27,342 nucleotides of DNA from a virus (lineage: Duplodnaviria; Caudoviricetes), in the IMG/VR virus record IMGVR_UViG_3300025803_000081, positions 1 through 27,342 of that record. One strand, 5' to 3'. A model generated the notes under the pieces. That model saw only the letters and a program-made list of their open reading frames with translations, had not been told where the DNA came from and made no database searches. Below are positions 25,217 to 27,342 of the stretch, piece after piece (position 1 is the stretch's first letter; the number at the start of each line of letters is the position of its first letter). Made by a program: the position numbers and the translations under genes.

Positions 25217-25633
25217 TTACTTATAGAAGATATGCCTACCAATCTTGGTAGTGCGGGTCAATGATTTTGCCCAGTACGGATTGCAGTAATCCGCATGGTA
25301 GTGATCAGCCCCTCCGGTATAGTTGGTGGCTGGTGATTGTGTAATAAACAAAGCCTCGCCCCATCTTGGGTGACGCTTGGCCTTGGCGATTAGCTGGTCG
25401 ATCCTCCCGCTATTCCAGCAGGAGAATTGCAACCGCTGTAAGCAGACCTGCATAGGTGTGAGCCTACGCTTGGCCGAGCGGGTCAGTATGACCTCGTGTA
25501 CGGCCTCCATTGCCCCATCGTGGTACTCACCCCCAGCTTCGAGGATGAGCGTTGCTGTGACAATCTCAGTGCTGTTGTAGGCACTGGCCGTGGCGCACCA
25601 GAATAGTGCGGTGACTGTGAGTAGTAGCCTCAT
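25217..25633 (-). CDS. SleB/CwlJ-like cell wall hydrolase (Hydrolase_2) with N-terminal signal peptide
   Basis: LEAGGE, AVHEVILTR, QFSCWN, TGGADHYHA, PYWA, IGRHIFY; signal-like MRLLLTVTALFWCATASA. Confidence 0.9.
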   Translation of the reverse strand: MRLLLTVTALFWCATASAYNSTEIVTATLILEAGGEYHDGAMEAVHEVILTRSAKRRLTPMQVCLQRLQFSCWNSGRIDQLIAKAKRHPRWGEALFITQSPATNYTGGADHYHADYCNPYWAKSLTRTTKIGRHIFYK

Positions 25634-25926
25634 GATTCGATTGATTCCTTTCCAGCTTTGAGTCCGGCTTGGTAAGCGAGGGACATGAGTACGTCGATTG
25701 TCGTACCGATTTCCATCGGGGATATTGCAGTCACAGCACCCAAGTACTCGTCCTCAATCATACCCTTTTTAATTGCGTCATCATTGAGGTTAGCAGCTTG
25801 AAACGTGCAGGCACTTGCGACCCCCTTGATTGTATTGCTTGGGTCTCCTGCCTCGAATAGCACGGAGAGCATTTCTACCATTTTTTGGTGATTGTTTGCG
25901 GATAGTGTAGGTATTTTAATTAGCAT
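25630..25926 (-). CDS. Hypothetical early protein
   Basis: ORF in track; start moved to ATG 25926 after the ACCAATCAATACT motif. Confidence 0.65.
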   Translation of the reverse strand: MLIKIPTLSANNHQKMVEMLSVLFEAGDPSNTIKGVASACTFQAANLNDDAIKKGMIEDEYLGAVTAISPMEIGTTIDVLMSLAYQAGLKAGKESIES

Positions 25927-26010
25927 AGTATTGATTGGTGTATTGATTGGTGGCTGTCTCATCAGTTGCAGTTGCCAACCTGCAAGACAGGCTCTCGCCT
26001 GTTTCGACTA

Positions 26011-26244
26011 TCATATTTTGTGGACGATGCGGATTATGTGTCGCACCTCCACGGACGTTACGTCGCCGACCTCTACCATACTGGACGCATAGTCCAGAGC
26101 CTTCTGCTCGGAGGAGAATGAGTTGTACTCCGTACCATTGAACTCCCCTGTTTCTTGATGTCGAGCAAACGGATTATACGTGGAGCGAACCACGTAAAAG
26201 TTGTCGGAAGCGATGACAGGGACGATGTATTTTGAATTTTTCAT
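26011..26244 (-). CDS. Hypothetical early protein
   Basis: ORF in track; start moved to ATG 26244 after the ACCAATCAATA motif. Confidence 0.65.
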   Translation of the reverse strand: MKNSKYIVPVIASDNFYVVRSTYNPFARHQETGEFNGTEYNSFSSEQKALDYASSMVEVGDVTSVEVRHIIRIVHKI

Positions 26245-26263
26245 ATATTGATTGGTTGATGGA

Positions 26264-26446
26264 TCAGACATTGCCATTGATGATATCAAAGATCGCCCTT
26301 GCTCCATCGAGCCGTGCAATAGCGTCGCAAAAGCTGGGATGGTCAACAGGATACCCTTGGTCATCGAGGCGGTGAATGGCATGATCCAGCTTGTCGAGCA
26401 AATGGATTATGCGGTCATGGTCGTGGTCATTTATATTTATTGCCAT
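26264..26446 (-). CDS. Hypothetical early protein (His/Asp-rich)
   Basis: ORF in track; start moved to ATG 26446 after the ACCAATCAATACT motif. Confidence 0.65.
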   Translation of the reverse strand: MAININDHDHDRIIHLLDKLDHAIHRLDDQGYPVDHPSFCDAIARLDGARAIFDIINGNV

Positions 26447-26473
26447 AGTATTGATTGGTTGGTGATTAAAAAT

Positions 26474-26488
26474 GACGGACTGTCCGTC
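26474..26488. promoter_or_regulatory. Perfect 7-1-7 palindrome GACGGAC-T-GTCCGTC (operator-like)
   Basis: Directly visible between terminator and first early gene. Confidence 0.45.
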
Positions 26489-26493
26489 TACCC

Positions 26494-26524
26494 AAAAAGC
26501 CGTGACCCCAAAGAGCCACGGCTT
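26494..26524 (-). terminator. Intrinsic terminator-like hairpin upstream of the first early gene
   Basis: AAGCCGTGGCTC-TTTG-GGGTCACGGC-TTTTT. Confidence 0.7.
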
Positions 26525-26732
26525 GTTTGTGTTTACCAATTCGTGTCCCCCTTGCTACGTCATCGAGGTCGGCCTGCTGGCCGTCCCACCCCTCCACTTC
26601 CAGAGAGGCCATCCGAGGTATCACCGTGTCGGAGTCCGGTCGCCCACATGTGATCCAAAGTGTCTTGGTGGCTTCTGATGGATCAGAGATGCGAGGTGCG
26701 AAGTCCGAGGTCGGAGTCGGTAGCGGTTGGAC

Positions 26733-26744
26733 TGTCAAAGATCA
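26733..26744 (-). promoter_or_regulatory. boxA-like antitermination sequence TGATCTTTGACA
   Basis: 10/12 identity to E. coli rrn boxA TGCTCTTTAACA, oriented with the early transcript and upstream of terminators. Confidence 0.55.
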
Positions 26745-27046
26745 AACTAACGATGCCCATCATTCATATGCCGACGGATATGTCGAGAATAAAATAATCC
26801 CTAAAAATGAAACTAGGAATCCCCGAAAATGAAACCACGTGATCTATATAACTAGGGTGAATTCGACATACAATCGGGATGCAACATCGTGCAATTATTA
26901 CGTAAGTCGTTGATAATCAGTACTGGTTGCATAAAATTGCATACCTCTAGATTGGACGAGGATGCCCTGTACGGTCTTTGGATTTCAAATGGCACTCCCT
27001 CCCTCGTCGCCGGAGAAAAGCCCCTGTGGACGGAATCCGTATATTA

Positions 27047-27063
27047 TTGAGATCCGGTCTCAA
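27047..27063. promoter_or_regulatory. Palindrome TTGAGA-N5-TCTCAA (Fur-box-like geometry)
   Basis: Perfect 6-5-6 inverted repeat in non-coding DNA. Confidence 0.4.
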
Positions 27064-27137
27064 CAGGAGAATCCGAGCCAAAGGCTCCCCCTATATTGGC
27101 TAGTACTCATAAAGTTTCTACTCCTCCTATAATTTCT

Positions 27138-27209
27138 AGAATGCCTACTGGATATAGAGTGCCTACTGAATCGAGAGTGCCTACTGGATCGAGAATGTCT
27201 ACTGGATGC
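27138..27209. repeat. Four tandem 18-bp units AGA(A/G)TG(C/T)CTACTG(G/A)AT..
   Basis: Units start at 27138, 27156, 27174, 27192. Confidence 0.9.
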
Positions 27210-27253
27210 ATCACTCCTAGAAAGAATAAAAATCCTACTCACAATAGTCCGAC

Positions 27254-27328
27254 TAGCGGTTCTAGTCCCAGTAGCGGTTCTAGCCTCGGTAGCGGTTCTA
27301 GGATGCCTAGCGGTTCTAGCGGTTCTAG
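27254..27328. repeat. Five copies of TAGCGGTTCTAG at 18/18/18/9-bp spacing
   Basis: Copies start at 27254, 27272, 27290, 27308, 27317. Confidence 0.9.
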
Positions 27329-27342
27329 GCGGTCGGGCTGGC

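Noticed and set aside
26733-26738. TTGACA as a -35 element
   Set aside because: No -10-like hexamer 16-18 bp downstream; better explained as part of the boxA-like motif
26466-26832. ORFs 26466-26738 (-), 26472-26678 (+), 26527-26832 (+)
   Set aside because: Non-ATG starts, no upstream motif, run across terminator and palindromes; region reads as regulatory
26897-26924. TTACGTAA and TAAGTCGTTGATAATCAG dyads as a recombinase/dif-like site
   Set aside because: Only partial symmetry, no match I can support to the dif consensus, no recombinase in window
27060-27242. Ser/Arg-rich ORF on minus strand
   Set aside because: Most simply a by-product of the 9-bp repeat lattice; frame stays open to the window edge so not fully excluded
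27138-27328. CRISPR array
   Set aside because: Units are 12-18 bp with at most 6-bp variable gaps; no spacer-length unique sequences, no cas genes

Overview
This window is about 27 kb of a tailed dsDNA phage with podovirus-like (P22/T7-type) organisation and no integrase, polymerase, terminase or capsid gene in view. Positions 1-17232 (+) carry late/virion genes: a putative head-tail adaptor, a nested-domain tail spike, three small membrane (lysis-like) genes, seven short very basic proteins, a nozzle-like protein, a tail fibre and three ejection-type proteins including a 1945-aa modular one. Positions 17320-26446 (-) carry replication/early genes: DnaB, DUF1599-like, SSB-like, ERF, a stand-alone primase Zn-finger-like protein, endonuclease VII, PD-(D/E)XK nucleases, a SleB-like hydrolase and small hypotheticals. 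The right end (about 26450-27342) looks non-coding, with a boxA-like leader, palindromes and a 9-bp-phased repeat array, probably near a genome terminus. The most striking element is a 66-nt RNA gene at 17523-17588 (-). It is a complete tmRNA tRNA-like domain (G3.U70 Ala acceptor stem, tmRNA-type D-loop, T-arm, encoded CCA) in which the whole mRNA-like/pseudoknot domain is replaced by a short hairpin, and it contains the stop codon of the upstream HTH gene. All product calls come from motif recognition and synteny; no searches were run.
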